Positions 19,467-29,910 of a stretch of DNA of 64,000 nt are shown here, one piece after another (the first letter of the stretch is position 1; each line of letters starts with the position of its first letter). The stretch covers positions 30,892-94,891 of IMG/VR virus record IMGVR_UViG_3300020192_000010. The stretch is one strand, 5' to 3'. The translations under genes and the position numbers were made by a program. Source of the DNA: a virus. The notes under the pieces are model-generated. The model saw nothing but the letters and a program-made list of their open reading frames with translations. It ran no database searches and was not told the DNA's origin.

Positions 19467-22400
19467 TCACGCTCCGGCTACTGGATCTACTATGACCGCC
19501 GTATTTACTGTCGTGTACCCATAGTAATACTCAGTTAAAAACGTTGGATTAAATCCGGAAATTTTGTTATGCTTAATGATAAGTGTTGGGTTCTGTACAA
19601 GCAACGAGGACGGTACGCGCATAGAAATATGAATCCAGCTTACTGTGTTTTCAGTAATGATTGCAGATCCTGAAAACATCGCCGTGCTAAACGTAGTGGC
19701 CGGACGAACACCGGGGACTGTTCCTATTAAGAATATTCCATTGTTCATTCCGGTAAATATGAAGCGGCACGTATTTCCTGATATGATCAAATTGTTATCT
19801 TTATCAGTAATTGCTGTTGTATTATATACGTTACTTGGTGTAGCCTGACGCGTAAGGTAGTTGATGGCGCCGCATACGTTATTAGTAATTCTGCAGTTTA
19901 TAGTAGTTATAGCATTTCTAGTAGACGTCAGTCCTGTATTGTAATTAGAACTGATTGATATCATCTGGTTTTTATCACAGATGTTTCCATCGATCACGCA
20001 ATTGGTAAGTCTGGCCGCAGTCGTGGAAGTAAGTATTGCTGCCGGAGCAGTAAACGCTATTACTGCACGTTTATCATCAGCCGCCCCTGTGTAAACAAAT
20101 TTATTGTTTGATATGTTTACATTCTGTAGCGTTGACGTGTTATTTGAGTAATTGAAAACTAAGAATGGATGACGAGCCGCAACTGATGCTGTAAACTCAC
20201 AATTTTTAACTTCAATGTTCTCATTGGTATCAACTTCGCAGAACAAAGCGCCGCTTGTTGAGTTAACTAAGTTGTTGGTAGTGTATGACCCATCTGTCGA
20301 TGCAACGTATACGAATTTGATTCCATCAAACGATACATTGCTTCCTATGTTAAAAACAGTATCTCCTGACAAAGTAAACGTCGCACCGTCTCCGACAAAC
20401 TTTACCAAAGTCTCGTAATCAAAAGTATATTCTTCGTCGAACGTAAAGTCGCCACGGACGCGTACCGTGTTGTTGTAGCTGGAGTTAAACTTCAGCCATG
20501 TATCAAGTGACTCGAATGAGTCGAAGTTTCCAGAGTACTTCTCAGAAGTCCATGTAATAACTGGGGCCGATGAATCATCTTGGATGATTTTACGTGCGTC
20601 AGTAACGGTATTGCTAAACGATACGCTGCTTATAACGTTAGAGCGCACCAACGCAATGATCGTTAGGTCTTTTCGTTTAACGGCCAAATCTGTAAACGTA
20701 GAACAATCAATTCCATATGTAGCGGTTGTAATTGGATTGTAAACTGAGATTAAGCGCGTCGTACCAGTAGCAATATTAGAACCTAGTATGTCATAATCTG
20801 TAAGAGGTATAATTTGAACATCGGACTTGGAGTTGATGCAAACTGCCCATGTTATTTTAGCAACTGGGGCTCCAGCATAGTATTCTTGAACAATCGGAAT
20901 GCTTGCAACGAAATTGTTTATTTCGCTAAACTTACCATTGACCAGAACGAGTCCGCCCTGAAATGTAAGCAGCATCGAGTCGGTCGTGTTGGTGCCGCTT
21001 ACATAAGTAAGACCACGAACAACACCATTTTGGTGAGTGAATCGATCGCCAGCGGTAACGAAATCGATAGCCGAGTTAGAGAACTCATTCTCGCTTAGAT
21101 TTCCAAACTGTCTTCCGTCACGTAGGTAAATAAGGCGATTAGATAATTCGTTATACAATACGGTGCCTAGAAAAAATACTTCTTGGTCATTCTGTAGAGA
21201 TTCAAATAGATCTATGCTAATGTCAACTGCGGCAAATGTTGCTACGGTATCGGCTAAGTCAAAAACGATGTCAATATAGTCTACGCCGGTTTCGTCGTAG
21301 AATCTGGTAACCTGTCCTTTTTTACCAGTTACGACGGGACCTACATTAAGAACGCTACTCTTTCCTAGATAACCATCGTACACACCAGTCGTAGTGTTAT
21401 ACGATGTGATTCTTAGATTAATAGATCGGATCCCACCGCTGAGGTAGCCGCGCAATTTTGTGGCGACTTTGATTAAATTTGTTTTTACAATCTGTGCGTT
21501 GCCGGTACTCAAATTGTACCGAGCGCGTTCGTGACTAAATGTATGACCGTCTGAGTCGACATAAACTTCAAACAATCGTTTGAATTTATCAGCGGAGGTT
21601 GAGTTAGCAATGTTAAGTGCGTTGAAGCTGACCGAGTCGTCAGAGAAGTACAACTTAACTGCGATGGCTATTGTGGTGGTAGCGATGGCATTACCAGTCG
21701 CATGAACTCCGTTGTAAACCTCAATCGTTGTCTTGGTACATTCACCGCCGCATATGGTGTATGCGACATCGCTAATGATAAATCGTCCATAATCTACGTC
21801 GTTGTATTTGATATCTGTTTTGGCCAGAGTTGGTTGAACAACAATGGTTTTTCCTGGGCGCAGATCTGCCGTACGCAAATCCATCGGCACTTCATATTTA
21901 ACCTTAACCGTCAACGTTGGAATAACTGTCTTAGATAACGTGGTCGCTTCCCAATAACGATCTCCGTACACGTCGGTGTACCCATCGCTAATTGCTCGTA
22001 GATTACTCCGCTCGTTACCATTAACATAATAGTTTTTGCTCTTTAGTGGAACGAAAACTCTTGTTGCCGCTTGAGACTGATTAATATTTACATACGATGT
22101 TTTGAACTGTGGGCTGGCTACGTTAGCACCAGCTACGCCGAAGCCAAACGGGTCAACCGCACCAGTCGTTGCGTCGCCAACTACGTTGTTCACAAAGATG
22201 TCTTCAATGACATTTCCGCTTACATCGAGTGAGCCGCTTATGATTGAGAAACTTGCATTGCTGATAGAGTCAGCAAGCATGATTCCGATCTCTCCTTTAT
22301 TTGAGAAGGCTACGAAACGATAGTTGTATCCCTCTCTACGGAAAGCTGAGTTGATTGACTCGACCACGCTGTCAAGAGTGTATTTGCTTGGAGTAACTCC

Positions 22401-23813
22401 AAGATTTCCCGTCACGTCAATAGCTGGTAGAATTAGTGACTTATCGAAAGGATTTCCAGTTGGGTAAAACTCAAGATACAAATTGTAGTGCTTGCGATTT
22501 AGCTTATCTGCATTGAATCCGATGCCAAGCGCTGCTGCGCCACGCGGATTAGATACCGTTACGCTTGGAATTTCTCCAAAAGAGTTGTTGGCGTGTGAAA
22601 TGGCCAAAACACCAAACTTGTTGTCACTGAATTTTGGTCTATCAATTCTCGCAACAGCGTTTGTGGTGTCGACGAGATTTCGTCCGTTAATACGTACAAG
22701 ATATGAACGATTAGGAGGATTACTTCCGTCGAATGTATAGCTTACAGAGTCGATGACGTATTGCGCTTCTACCGCACCGTAGTTGACAGTAATGATATCG
22801 CCGCTACGAACTTGTGAGAACAAAGAATCGAAGTAGTAAGTAACGTCTGGTGTTGGAGTGAACTGAATGATATCATCTCCATTAACGTTGTTGTCTATCA
22901 GCGTCGATGCGCCTGCTGTCGCAAGGAAAGTCGTTACGCTTGTAAATGGTACAAGGCCTTGTCCGTACCCGTCGTTAGATAGGATCGTTCCACGACATGT
23001 ACGAGAAATTCCGTTTGTGTGATTGTTCTGCTGATGATTTGCATTAGCTGCGAAGCTGGCCTGGTCTACTGCATCAGCAAACCCTTGCATATCCGCAATC
23101 GTTCTTGAAAGAACAACGAATTCGTCACTGTTGACAGAAATTGCTGCGGCTGGGTGACCGTAGGTGTCACCGTTAGCGCTTGCTGTTCCGGTGGCGTTTT
23201 GGTGGTCAACCAATTCGTCATTCATGCTGTACAAGAAGGCAGCTAAATTAGAACCACGCAAAGATCCAGTTTTGCTACGTGGGGCAACGCCACTAGGCCA
23301 AGAATATGCTCCGTCTCGGCTGTCGGTTGGCTCATCATTGATATCGATATGTGACACTACGTGACGAGCATTGGCCGAAGAAGATAAAGGATTCTGACCG
23401 TTGAGGTGCTTGAGGAAGTCCAAGCTAAGACTTGCCGTGATATCGATAATGTTATCAACGTCTGTCTGAACTGCCTGAATATCGTTGTACAGCGACTGCG
23501 TCGAATATGTAAGCGACAGCTTCGACTCAACAATACCTGCTGTAGGTGATACGTCAGCATTCGCTACGGGTCCGACTATGGCTCCAGCTGCGACAATGGC
23601 AGAGGATTTTAGTGCGCCGCTGGCCTCTATCGACACGCCAAGACGATCGAACAGTGTTCCGGCTGAACCAGATAGTGTTAGACCTAATTCTTGTTCGATG
23701 GCAAAAACAGCATCACGCAGCTGGTTAATGGCCAAGGCACCAATATCAGTAAGGTTATCATCTACTCTTATAATAGATGCGTCGTCGTCTAGTTGGTTTG
23801 GATAATTGCTCAT
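19467..23813 (-). CDS. Large tail fibre/tailspike protein with C-terminal right-handed beta-helix (1448 aa)
   Basis: N-terminal MSNYPNQLDD...INQLRDAVFAIEQELG attachment-type region, His motifs, and C-terminal ISNNKF/IDGNIC/ITNNVC/ISGNTC repeats. Confidence 0.7.
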   Translation of the reverse strand: MSNYPNQLDDDASIIRVDDNLTDIGALAINQLRDAVFAIEQELGLTLSGSAGTLFDRLGVSIEASGALKSSAIVAAGAIVGPVANADVSPTAGIVESKLSLTYSTQSLYNDIQAVQTDVDNIIDITASLSLDFLKHLNGQNPLSSSANARHVVSHIDINDEPTDSRDGAYSWPSGVAPRSKTGSLRGSNLAAFLYSMNDELVDHQNATGTASANGDTYGHPAAAISVNSDEFVVLSRTIADMQGFADAVDQASFAANANHQQNNHTNGISRTCRGTILSNDGYGQGLVPFTSVTTFLATAGASTLIDNNVNGDDIIQFTPTPDVTYYFDSLFSQVRSGDIITVNYGAVEAQYVIDSVSYTFDGSNPPNRSYLVRINGRNLVDTTNAVARIDRPKFSDNKFGVLAISHANNSFGEIPSVTVSNPRGAAALGIGFNADKLNRKHYNLYLEFYPTGNPFDKSLILPAIDVTGNLGVTPSKYTLDSVVESINSAFRREGYNYRFVAFSNKGEIGIMLADSISNASFSIISGSLDVSGNVIEDIFVNNVVGDATTGAVDPFGFGVAGANVASPQFKTSYVNINQSQAATRVFVPLKSKNYYVNGNERSNLRAISDGYTDVYGDRYWEATTLSKTVIPTLTVKVKYEVPMDLRTADLRPGKTIVVQPTLAKTDIKYNDVDYGRFIISDVAYTICGGECTKTTIEVYNGVHATGNAIATTTIAIAVKLYFSDDSVSFNALNIANSTSADKFKRLFEVYVDSDGHTFSHERARYNLSTGNAQIVKTNLIKVATKLRGYLSGGIRSINLRITSYNTTTGVYDGYLGKSSVLNVGPVVTGKKGQVTRFYDETGVDYIDIVFDLADTVATFAAVDISIDLFESLQNDQEVFFLGTVLYNELSNRLIYLRDGRQFGNLSENEFSNSAIDFVTAGDRFTHQNGVVRGLTYVSGTNTTDSMLLTFQGGLVLVNGKFSEINNFVASIPIVQEYYAGAPVAKITWAVCINSKSDVQIIPLTDYDILGSNIATGTTRLISVYNPITTATYGIDCSTFTDLAVKRKDLTIIALVRSNVISSVSFSNTVTDARKIIQDDSSAPVITWTSEKYSGNFDSFESLDTWLKFNSSYNNTVRVRGDFTFDEEYTFDYETLVKFVGDGATFTLSGDTVFNIGSNVSFDGIKFVYVASTDGSYTTNNLVNSTSGALFCEVDTNENIEVKNCEFTASVAARHPFLVFNYSNNTSTLQNVNISNNKFVYTGAADDKRAVIAFTAPAAILTSTTAARLTNCVIDGNICDKNQMISISSNYNTGLTSTRNAITTINCRITNNVCGAINYLTRQATPSNVYNTTAITDKDNNLIISGNTCRFIFTGMNNGIFLIGTVPGVRPATTFSTAMFSGSAIITENTVSWIHISMRVPSSLLVQNPTLIIKHNKISGFNPTFLTEYYYGYTTVNTAVIVDPVAGA

Positions 23814-23902
23814 ATCTCACCATGAAAGGGTTTACCAACAAATGCCGGAATACTCCCTATGCACTATAACGAAGACATTACTTTGCATAAAGTAAAATGG
23901 AT

Positions 23903-24340
23903 TTATTCAGGCAGATTATCTGGAGGAGACGGAGCCTTCGTTTGATCCGTTGTAGTTCTACGGTCTTCGCCTTCTACTGGTGTGCGCTTACGATATCCAT
24001 CAAGCTTTTCTTTCAAAAAACTGCTGGCTACTCGATAAACAAGGCCACTGAGTAGTCCTGCAATGAATCCAATCATTATTCTTGAATCACGATGCTCTCC
24101 CCATCCTTCTGGATAAGGTAAACCTTTAGCAAAGGCTGTTATTAGGACGCCAGTAAATAGTGGTGAGATTGGAAGAAATAAATCGGTCCAAATTTTGGAT
24201 GTCTTTGACGCCGGAACCTTAGGGTTATCAAGAACAAATTCCGTAATTCTACGAAGAATTTCGTTGATGCCTGCGATAGCTAGGCAAAGACTAATAAATT
24301 GTAAACTGAAAAGCGCTGTTAATGATTGTTCTAGTTCCAT
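23903..24340 (-). CDS. Small membrane protein, possible holin
   Basis: About three hydrophobic segments and a charged C-terminal tail. Confidence 0.5.
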   Translation of the reverse strand: MELEQSLTALFSLQFISLCLAIAGINEILRRITEFVLDNPKVPASKTSKIWTDLFLPISPLFTGVLITAFAKGLPYPEGWGEHRDSRIMIGFIAGLLSGLVYRVASSFLKEKLDGYRKRTPVEGEDRRTTTDQTKAPSPPDNLPE

Positions 24341-24384
24341 GTTAGTATCCTACCAGGATGGCCTACTAGTAGTAGTGCCGTAAA

Positions 24385-26448
24385 TTATGTCGTCTTTGCT
24401 ACATGCCATGGCCAATTTCCAGACTGCATAAATGAATTATATGCATTGGCGTTTCCGCTACCTAAACTTATAGCTGGAACAGCCTCGGTACTTTCTTTAA
24501 CATCACCAAGAGTTTTAAGATAAGCTCTATTTACTGTTCTGTGAATTGATGTAACGGCCCCGGCGGTCACGGCCGTGCGGCCACCTAAAATATAAAAATC
24601 GTTTTCGCTGTACAAAGCGTTGGCACCAGCAATAGTGGTTGCTCCTGGAGAAAAATTACCTAATGATTTAAAATTAGATACACCTCCTGCCAATTCAGAT
24701 ATTAAACATGCCTGTATAGTGCCGATATTTGTATATCCGGTAGATGTTCCACCTATAAGGTATAAATAATTATTGCTCATCACCATTACATGATCGGCTG
24801 ACGCCGTTGCAAGAGCTGTAACTGAAATCCAATTCGTGCTTCCGCTTTCGTTAAGCTCTGTCAAAAGGCTTCGGTATACTACTGAGCTTGATGCCCCAGG
24901 AGTACCGCCAGAAATAGTCGTACATCCTCCAAACAAATAAACATAGTTACCAATCACTGCCAAACTATATCGTGACAGCGCGGTCGGGAGAGTGCTATTA
25001 GAGGTTTTCCACTGCGTAGGAGCTGTTATTGGTGCAAGAGCAACGCCATTGCCAATAACATTTCCATAATCATCGCCACCAACAACATAAATGTATCCAT
25101 TATGGATGAAACATTTGTTGTGAGCTATTGAGGGACCGCCGCTTGCGGCGGCCTCTGTGATTGTGGTTGGGCTTGACACTGGTGCACTAAAAACTTTAGT
25201 CGTAAAAGTTGACGTAGCTGTAATGCCCCCAAAAAACCAAATAGTATCGTCTATGCGTACACAATTCCACCCACCAACCGGTGTTGCTAATGCGGTGGTA
25301 GTAGTGTTAAACTTTGCCGGGCCTCGACTAGAGGCGGTTGCTCCATGAAAAGAACAACTTTGTATAACGCCCGCAGTTGGTAATCCGCTAGCTACGTTAT
25401 GTCCTCCGTACATATAGTACGTATCACCTATACCTATTGAAGCGTAACCCCAACGGCCATTAGGAAGCGATCTGGTAGCAGTTGTGAATGGAGACCCAAC
25501 AGCATTATCCAAATCGGCTACTGATACTTCGTATACCAATACGGAGGTTTGTCCGCCGTACACGTACAATATACCATTAATTTCTTGAACAGTTGTATTT
25601 GATCTGGCTCTCGAAGTGTTGTATGCCAAAGTGAATGTAACACCATCATTTATTGAGCTTTTGTAAATGTCATCGTTTGGTGTGCCTCCGCCATTGCCGC
25701 CGATAAGATAAATATAGTTAGCGCTTACAAACGCGGTTCTTGATTGCGTATTGTTTGGCAAACTACCAGGATTCGTCCAAGTAAGCGGGGCGCCTATGCT
25801 TGCCTGAAAAATAAGTCCATTTTCAATGGCACCAGCTCTTCCGCCATACAAAAATAAATTGGTTGGCGTTACGGCCAATGTCATTTTTATGCATTCTGAT
25901 GGAAGCACGGATCCAGAATCGGTAAATACTGTAGGCGTAGAGGTGCTGGCCGTAAGAATTTTGGCACCATTACCATCTTCCGCGCCTGATCCAAAAATGT
26001 AAATTGTGCTACCAACAACGCAAGCATTTGAGCCGCCTACCGCAAATGGCAGCGTATCAGACATCAAATTCCACGACTCTGGAAAATCTAAAGAAGCTCT
26101 CCAAATTTCAGTCGAAGTGTTTCCGTAAATATAAACGTAATTTCCAACTATTAATAGCGTCCCAGCAACGTGTGTTGTTGCGGCTTGATAATTTGCTCTG
26201 TTGCCGGTTTTTACAAGATTAGTCGGATCTGAAAGAGGTGCTTTATAAACAAGCCAACCACCGTTCGTTCCAGTATTACCTTCTAATACGTAAACATAGT
26301 CACCAGCTATGTAACTTAAATGCTTAGTATTACTAGTTGACGCCGTTGTTAATAATTCAGTCGTAAGATTGACGTAACTAGTTTGGCCTGGAGCAGCAAT
26401 CATGCTACCTTGATTTGTGTCTACAACATATTTTCCGTCATAAGTCAT
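24385..26448 (-). CDS. Kelch-repeat (double beta-propeller) protein
   Basis: About 12 repeats of the type YIYLIGG/LYVYGG/IWFFGG/YVYLFGG/FYILGG. Confidence 0.85.
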   Translation of the reverse strand: MTYDGKYVVDTNQGSMIAAPGQTSYVNLTTELLTTASTSNTKHLSYIAGDYVYVLEGNTGTNGGWLVYKAPLSDPTNLVKTGNRANYQAATTHVAGTLLIVGNYVYIYGNTSTEIWRASLDFPESWNLMSDTLPFAVGGSNACVVGSTIYIFGSGAEDGNGAKILTASTSTPTVFTDSGSVLPSECIKMTLAVTPTNLFLYGGRAGAIENGLIFQASIGAPLTWTNPGSLPNNTQSRTAFVSANYIYLIGGNGGGTPNDDIYKSSINDGVTFTLAYNTSRARSNTTVQEINGILYVYGGQTSVLVYEVSVADLDNAVGSPFTTATRSLPNGRWGYASIGIGDTYYMYGGHNVASGLPTAGVIQSCSFHGATASSRGPAKFNTTTTALATPVGGWNCVRIDDTIWFFGGITATSTFTTKVFSAPVSSPTTITEAAASGGPSIAHNKCFIHNGYIYVVGGDDYGNVIGNGVALAPITAPTQWKTSNSTLPTALSRYSLAVIGNYVYLFGGCTTISGGTPGASSSVVYRSLLTELNESGSTNWISVTALATASADHVMVMSNNYLYLIGGTSTGYTNIGTIQACLISELAGGVSNFKSLGNFSPGATTIAGANALYSENDFYILGGRTAVTAGAVTSIHRTVNRAYLKTLGDVKESTEAVPAISLGSGNANAYNSFMQSGNWPWHVAKTT

Positions 26449-26457
26449 AAAATTTCC

Positions 26458-28305
26458 TTAAATTAGAAGCCAATTAGATCCGTTACTTACAAGCGTCCAA
26501 GATGCCCAATCAACAGAAATAGTTCTGTCACCTGCGTAATCATCTATATTACCAGTGGCGCCGTTTCTTACCAACGTAATGTTATTTACTGATGAGTTTC
26601 CACCAGAGTCTTTTATAATTACCATTCGCCCTGCTGAGTGTGCTGGTAGCGTTATCGAAATAGCTAACGCAGATGTGTCAACAAACAGTATAAATTGTGT
26701 AGTTATTACTAAATCGCCAGAAACTGCTACAGTCGATACCGTTTGAGATCCTGTTAGCGTTAAATCGCTGCCAGCCAACGTTGCAGCTCCTGTAGACGTA
26801 ATAGACGTAGCTCCTGTAGACGTAATAGACGTAGTTCCTGTAGACGTAACGGATGTATTACCAGTAACGGTAGCTGTTAATCCAGCTGCGGCCGTGACAG
26901 CTGCTGTATCTGCCGTGATAGCAACTGCGCCGGTTGCAGTCATCGTAAGAGTGCTGGCCAATACTGTAGCGGCAGCTGTCGCTACGCCGAGGGCCGTAAC
27001 CGACTCCGAAACTTCAAACAACGACACACCAGGTGTCACGCTTATTTTGTACCCATATGCGTCGTCGAATGTATTACCAACTGTCATCAGTACGCATTTT
27101 GAACTGATAGCCCCAGCAATACCGGCATTGAAATCAATAATAACAGGCGTATAGGCAGAGTTATCCGGTTTGTCGCTTGCCAATACGTTATTTGAAATTA
27201 CAATCTTGCTTTTTCCTTGAACGGTGGTGGTATCGCTTGTGAAAGCGTCGATATACACAAGGGCTAATAGATCAGTGTCGGTTAAGATATAGTTTGAACT
27301 AATATCGATGTTACATCCATTAGCAAAAATAACGTTGCTATTCTCAGCATCAACCGTTCCGCCAACAGGCCCGAAATTACGTACTCTATTGTTCTTAAAC
27401 GAGAAGTAATCGAGCGTGCCTTTCAAAACGGAGTAATCGATTGTGCGATTGAATCCATCAAACTGACATCCTTTGACATCGAGATTGGTTGAATAGTTGG
27501 AACCGGAAGAGTAATCGATCGAAATTGCAGAGTAAGTAGTTTGTGTTGGCGTTCCGCTTCCTGAACGTCCGAAGAACACTACTCCTTCGCACTCAAGGCC
27601 ACCGCCGCGTTCCAAAGAAACAAGTGGAGACGCTAAATTCTGTACTGTACGATATGCGGTATCGCCTAGGAATGCTGGCTTCAGATAGTTGTCTGAGATG
27701 ATCAGGTTGATCATCTTGACGCCCTTGCTAGTTAAAAACGGGTCATACGTCGTGACAGAGCTGACAACCGCTTTGTCTTCTGATCTGTCGATGTCGCCTT
27801 TGACCAGGAACATTGGCAATTCAGCTGCGACTCGTGGTGAAGTAGGATCCAATACAGTCGTGTTGACTAGCTTGGTACCGAAGCCTTCCCCCATAAGTAT
27901 GATGCCTGCTGGGATTTCTACTGTTTTGCCGATCTTATGTGTTCCGGACTTGATAACGATAATACCACCGTTTTTGATACGATCATATTTTGGGTTGGAA
28001 ACGTTTGTCAGAACATCTGTCAACTCGATATCCAGGTTGGCTACCGAATCATCAAATACTCCTGTTGACCAAACATCTGTATCGGCCCCTACAGTTACGA
28101 AGAAGTCGAAATTCAAAATATTATCATTAAGAGCTGCTAGCGCTTCGCTAACATACCCGGCAGTGATTCCGACGAGGGGCTCTGACAAAAGTATATCATT
28201 ATCACTGTGATGACGGTTGACGCCATTTACGTGATCCTCGAAATCATAGCGATTTGTAGCTAATTTGCCTACTCCGCTGTTTTTATTAAAGTTAGGACCA
28301 GTCAT
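26458..28305 (-). CDS. Tail fibre/spike with pectin-lyase-like beta-helix and C-terminal fibre module
   Basis: GGIIVIKSGTHKIGKTVEIPAGIILMGEGFGTKL beta-helix cap. C-terminal FVDTSALAISITLP...VIIKDSGG...NNITL fibre repeat. Confidence 0.7.
   Translation of the reverse strand: MTGPNFNKNSGVGKLATNRYDFEDHVNGVNRHHSDNDILLSEPLVGITAGYVSEALAALNDNILNFDFFVTVGADTDVWSTGVFDDSVANLDIELTDVLTNVSNPKYDRIKNGGIIVIKSGTHKIGKTVEIPAGIILMGEGFGTKLVNTTVLDPTSPRVAAELPMFLVKGDIDRSEDKAVVSSVTTYDPFLTSKGVKMINLIISDNYLKPAFLGDTAYRTVQNLASPLVSLERGGGLECEGVVFFGRSGSGTPTQTTYSAISIDYSSGSNYSTNLDVKGCQFDGFNRTIDYSVLKGTLDYFSFKNNRVRNFGPVGGTVDAENSNVIFANGCNIDISSNYILTDTDLLALVYIDAFTSDTTTVQGKSKIVISNNVLASDKPDNSAYTPVIIDFNAGIAGAISSKCVLMTVGNTFDDAYGYKISVTPGVSLFEVSESVTALGVATAAATVLASTLTMTATGAVAITADTAAVTAAAGLTATVTGNTSVTSTGTTSITSTGATSITSTGAATLAGSDLTLTGSQTVSTVAVSGDLVITTQFILFVDTSALAISITLPAHSAGRMVIIKDSGGNSSVNNITLVRNGATGNIDDYAGDRTISVDWASWTLVSNGSNWLLI
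26785..26849. repeat. 24-bp tandem repeat, about 2.7 copies, encoding TSITSTGA
   Basis: agctcctgtagacgtaatagacgt at 26785 and 26809, degenerate copy at 26833. Confidence 0.9.
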
Positions 28306-28335
28306 ACAATCTCCGTAAATTATGCTTAAATATTG

Positions 28336-29898
28336 TCAAGGCAGGATCACTTCATGTGTATGGCCCAAAGCTTCCTGAACTATGCCATCCACGACGCTGT
28401 GCGAGTGGCCCTGTGCCATCCCTGTGATTTGGTTAACATCTTCTATTCCAAACGTATCCTCATTGATAACAATTACGTGACGATGTGGAAGAATACTTGG
28501 CGCCTGAGCCAATGTTGTAAAAATCTTTGAAGGAAGCAGCTCAGTATTACGGAAAGATCTGATCTGATAAGCCGGGTCTGTCTTGCGAATTCTCTGAACC
28601 CTAAACTTCTGACCACCCATTAGACTTTGAAGCAATCTATTTCTAGTTACGCTCAATACTTCATAGCGAAATTCTTCATTGCCATCTTGGTCAAATCTGA
28701 TGATGATGTCTCTGTTTTTTATTGTCGGTACCGTTAGTGTCCATACATCAAAAATGGCCTCAGATTCAAATCCAGTCTCTGTCGATTTAACTGCGTCCTC
28801 TGCTGGAGAAAACTTCACGAAAATTCTACTATCAGAACGACGTGGATTGAAATACTGTTGCCATCCAACAACAAACCCGGTTCCAAAACACTTAGTGCAT
28901 CGATCATCCGGACTTTCGTTTGAAGGCAAGAAACACTTGCAACGATAACCTGTACGCTGCTTAGTCAAAAGCACAACCGGCTCACCATCTATGTTGAGCA
29001 GCATCTCTTGACGTTGATTATTTTGCTCTTGGACACTCATTCCACGAAGAGTTTGACCTACTCCGTTGTATCCATCAGCACAATATTGTTCTCCACCTAT
29101 GTAACTACCAACGCATTCTCCATTTAGAAGTTGAACCGGGTCGGTTCGATGCCATCCTGCATAGTCGTAAGGTTGAAATCCGACGTTGTACTGATCGCTT
29201 GAGGTCAAATCTACTGTAAGTATATCTTTAACAACTTGTTTGTATCCGTCTGTGACGGTGTACGGATAATGATCGATATCGATTCGACACTGGGCGTGAT
29301 ATACGCGCGGGTTACGCTCTTCTTCACCGATGAAGAACGTCAATGTCGGGCTCCATGTCAGCTCGCCATTGTATCCGTCCGTATTATGGATCGTGGCGGT
29401 GGTACCGTTGTAACCGCGCTCAGCTAAAGTTAATGAATTTCCAGTTACAGAACCGTATCGGATCAACTCTGTACCAGCCAGCACAACTCCAAATGCTGGG
29501 AAGTCTGTCCCGTCAATGATAGGGATTGTAGTTTGTACTTCGTCAATATCTGATGATAGTATGGTGGTTGGCAGAAGGAGAAGATCATCTTGGTACGGCA
29601 CTAAAGCAGATGTGTCTAGCACATTTTCAATATACTCAACGGCACGCACTGCGAAATAATAAACGGTACCTGGCGTAAATCCAGTGATGGTTGCCTGGTT
29701 GGTATATGTAAGGACTACAAACTTAGGGCCTTCAGAAAAGATCGTTCGCTCTGTTTCGGAAAAATATATGTGGTAAGCTATTTTGTTTGTTCTGGTTGTC
29801 GGAAATGCTGTAGCCCAACGCACAGTTATACCGTCACCATCGTTTAAAGCGATCGTTTCGGTAATGCCTGCTATGTTTGGATTAAGATAATATGACAT
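28336..29898 (-). CDS. Putative neck/head-closure protein with N-terminal FN3-like domain, Zn ribbon and His-rich C-terminus
   Basis: ITVRW...YHIY...TITGFTPGTVYYFAVRAV (FN3), CKC...CTKCFGTGF, RYEVLSV, and HRH/HSH/HTH motifs. Confidence 0.6.
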   Translation of the reverse strand: MSYYLNPNIAGITETIALNDGDGITVRWATAFPTTRTNKIAYHIYFSETERTIFSEGPKFVVLTYTNQATITGFTPGTVYYFAVRAVEYIENVLDTSALVPYQDDLLLLPTTILSSDIDEVQTTIPIIDGTDFPAFGVVLAGTELIRYGSVTGNSLTLAERGYNGTTATIHNTDGYNGELTWSPTLTFFIGEEERNPRVYHAQCRIDIDHYPYTVTDGYKQVVKDILTVDLTSSDQYNVGFQPYDYAGWHRTDPVQLLNGECVGSYIGGEQYCADGYNGVGQTLRGMSVQEQNNQRQEMLLNIDGEPVVLLTKQRTGYRCKCFLPSNESPDDRCTKCFGTGFVVGWQQYFNPRRSDSRIFVKFSPAEDAVKSTETGFESEAIFDVWTLTVPTIKNRDIIIRFDQDGNEEFRYEVLSVTRNRLLQSLMGGQKFRVQRIRKTDPAYQIRSFRNTELLPSKIFTTLAQAPSILPHRHVIVINEDTFGIEDVNQITGMAQGHSHSVVDGIVQEALGHTHEVILP

Positions 29899-29910
29899 CG
29901 GTACCTTCGA

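Noticed and set aside
17424-28305. Diversity-generating retroelement or invertible fibre cassette
   Set aside because: No reverse transcriptase, invertase or near-identical TR/VR pair is seen. The paralogues are diverged throughout.
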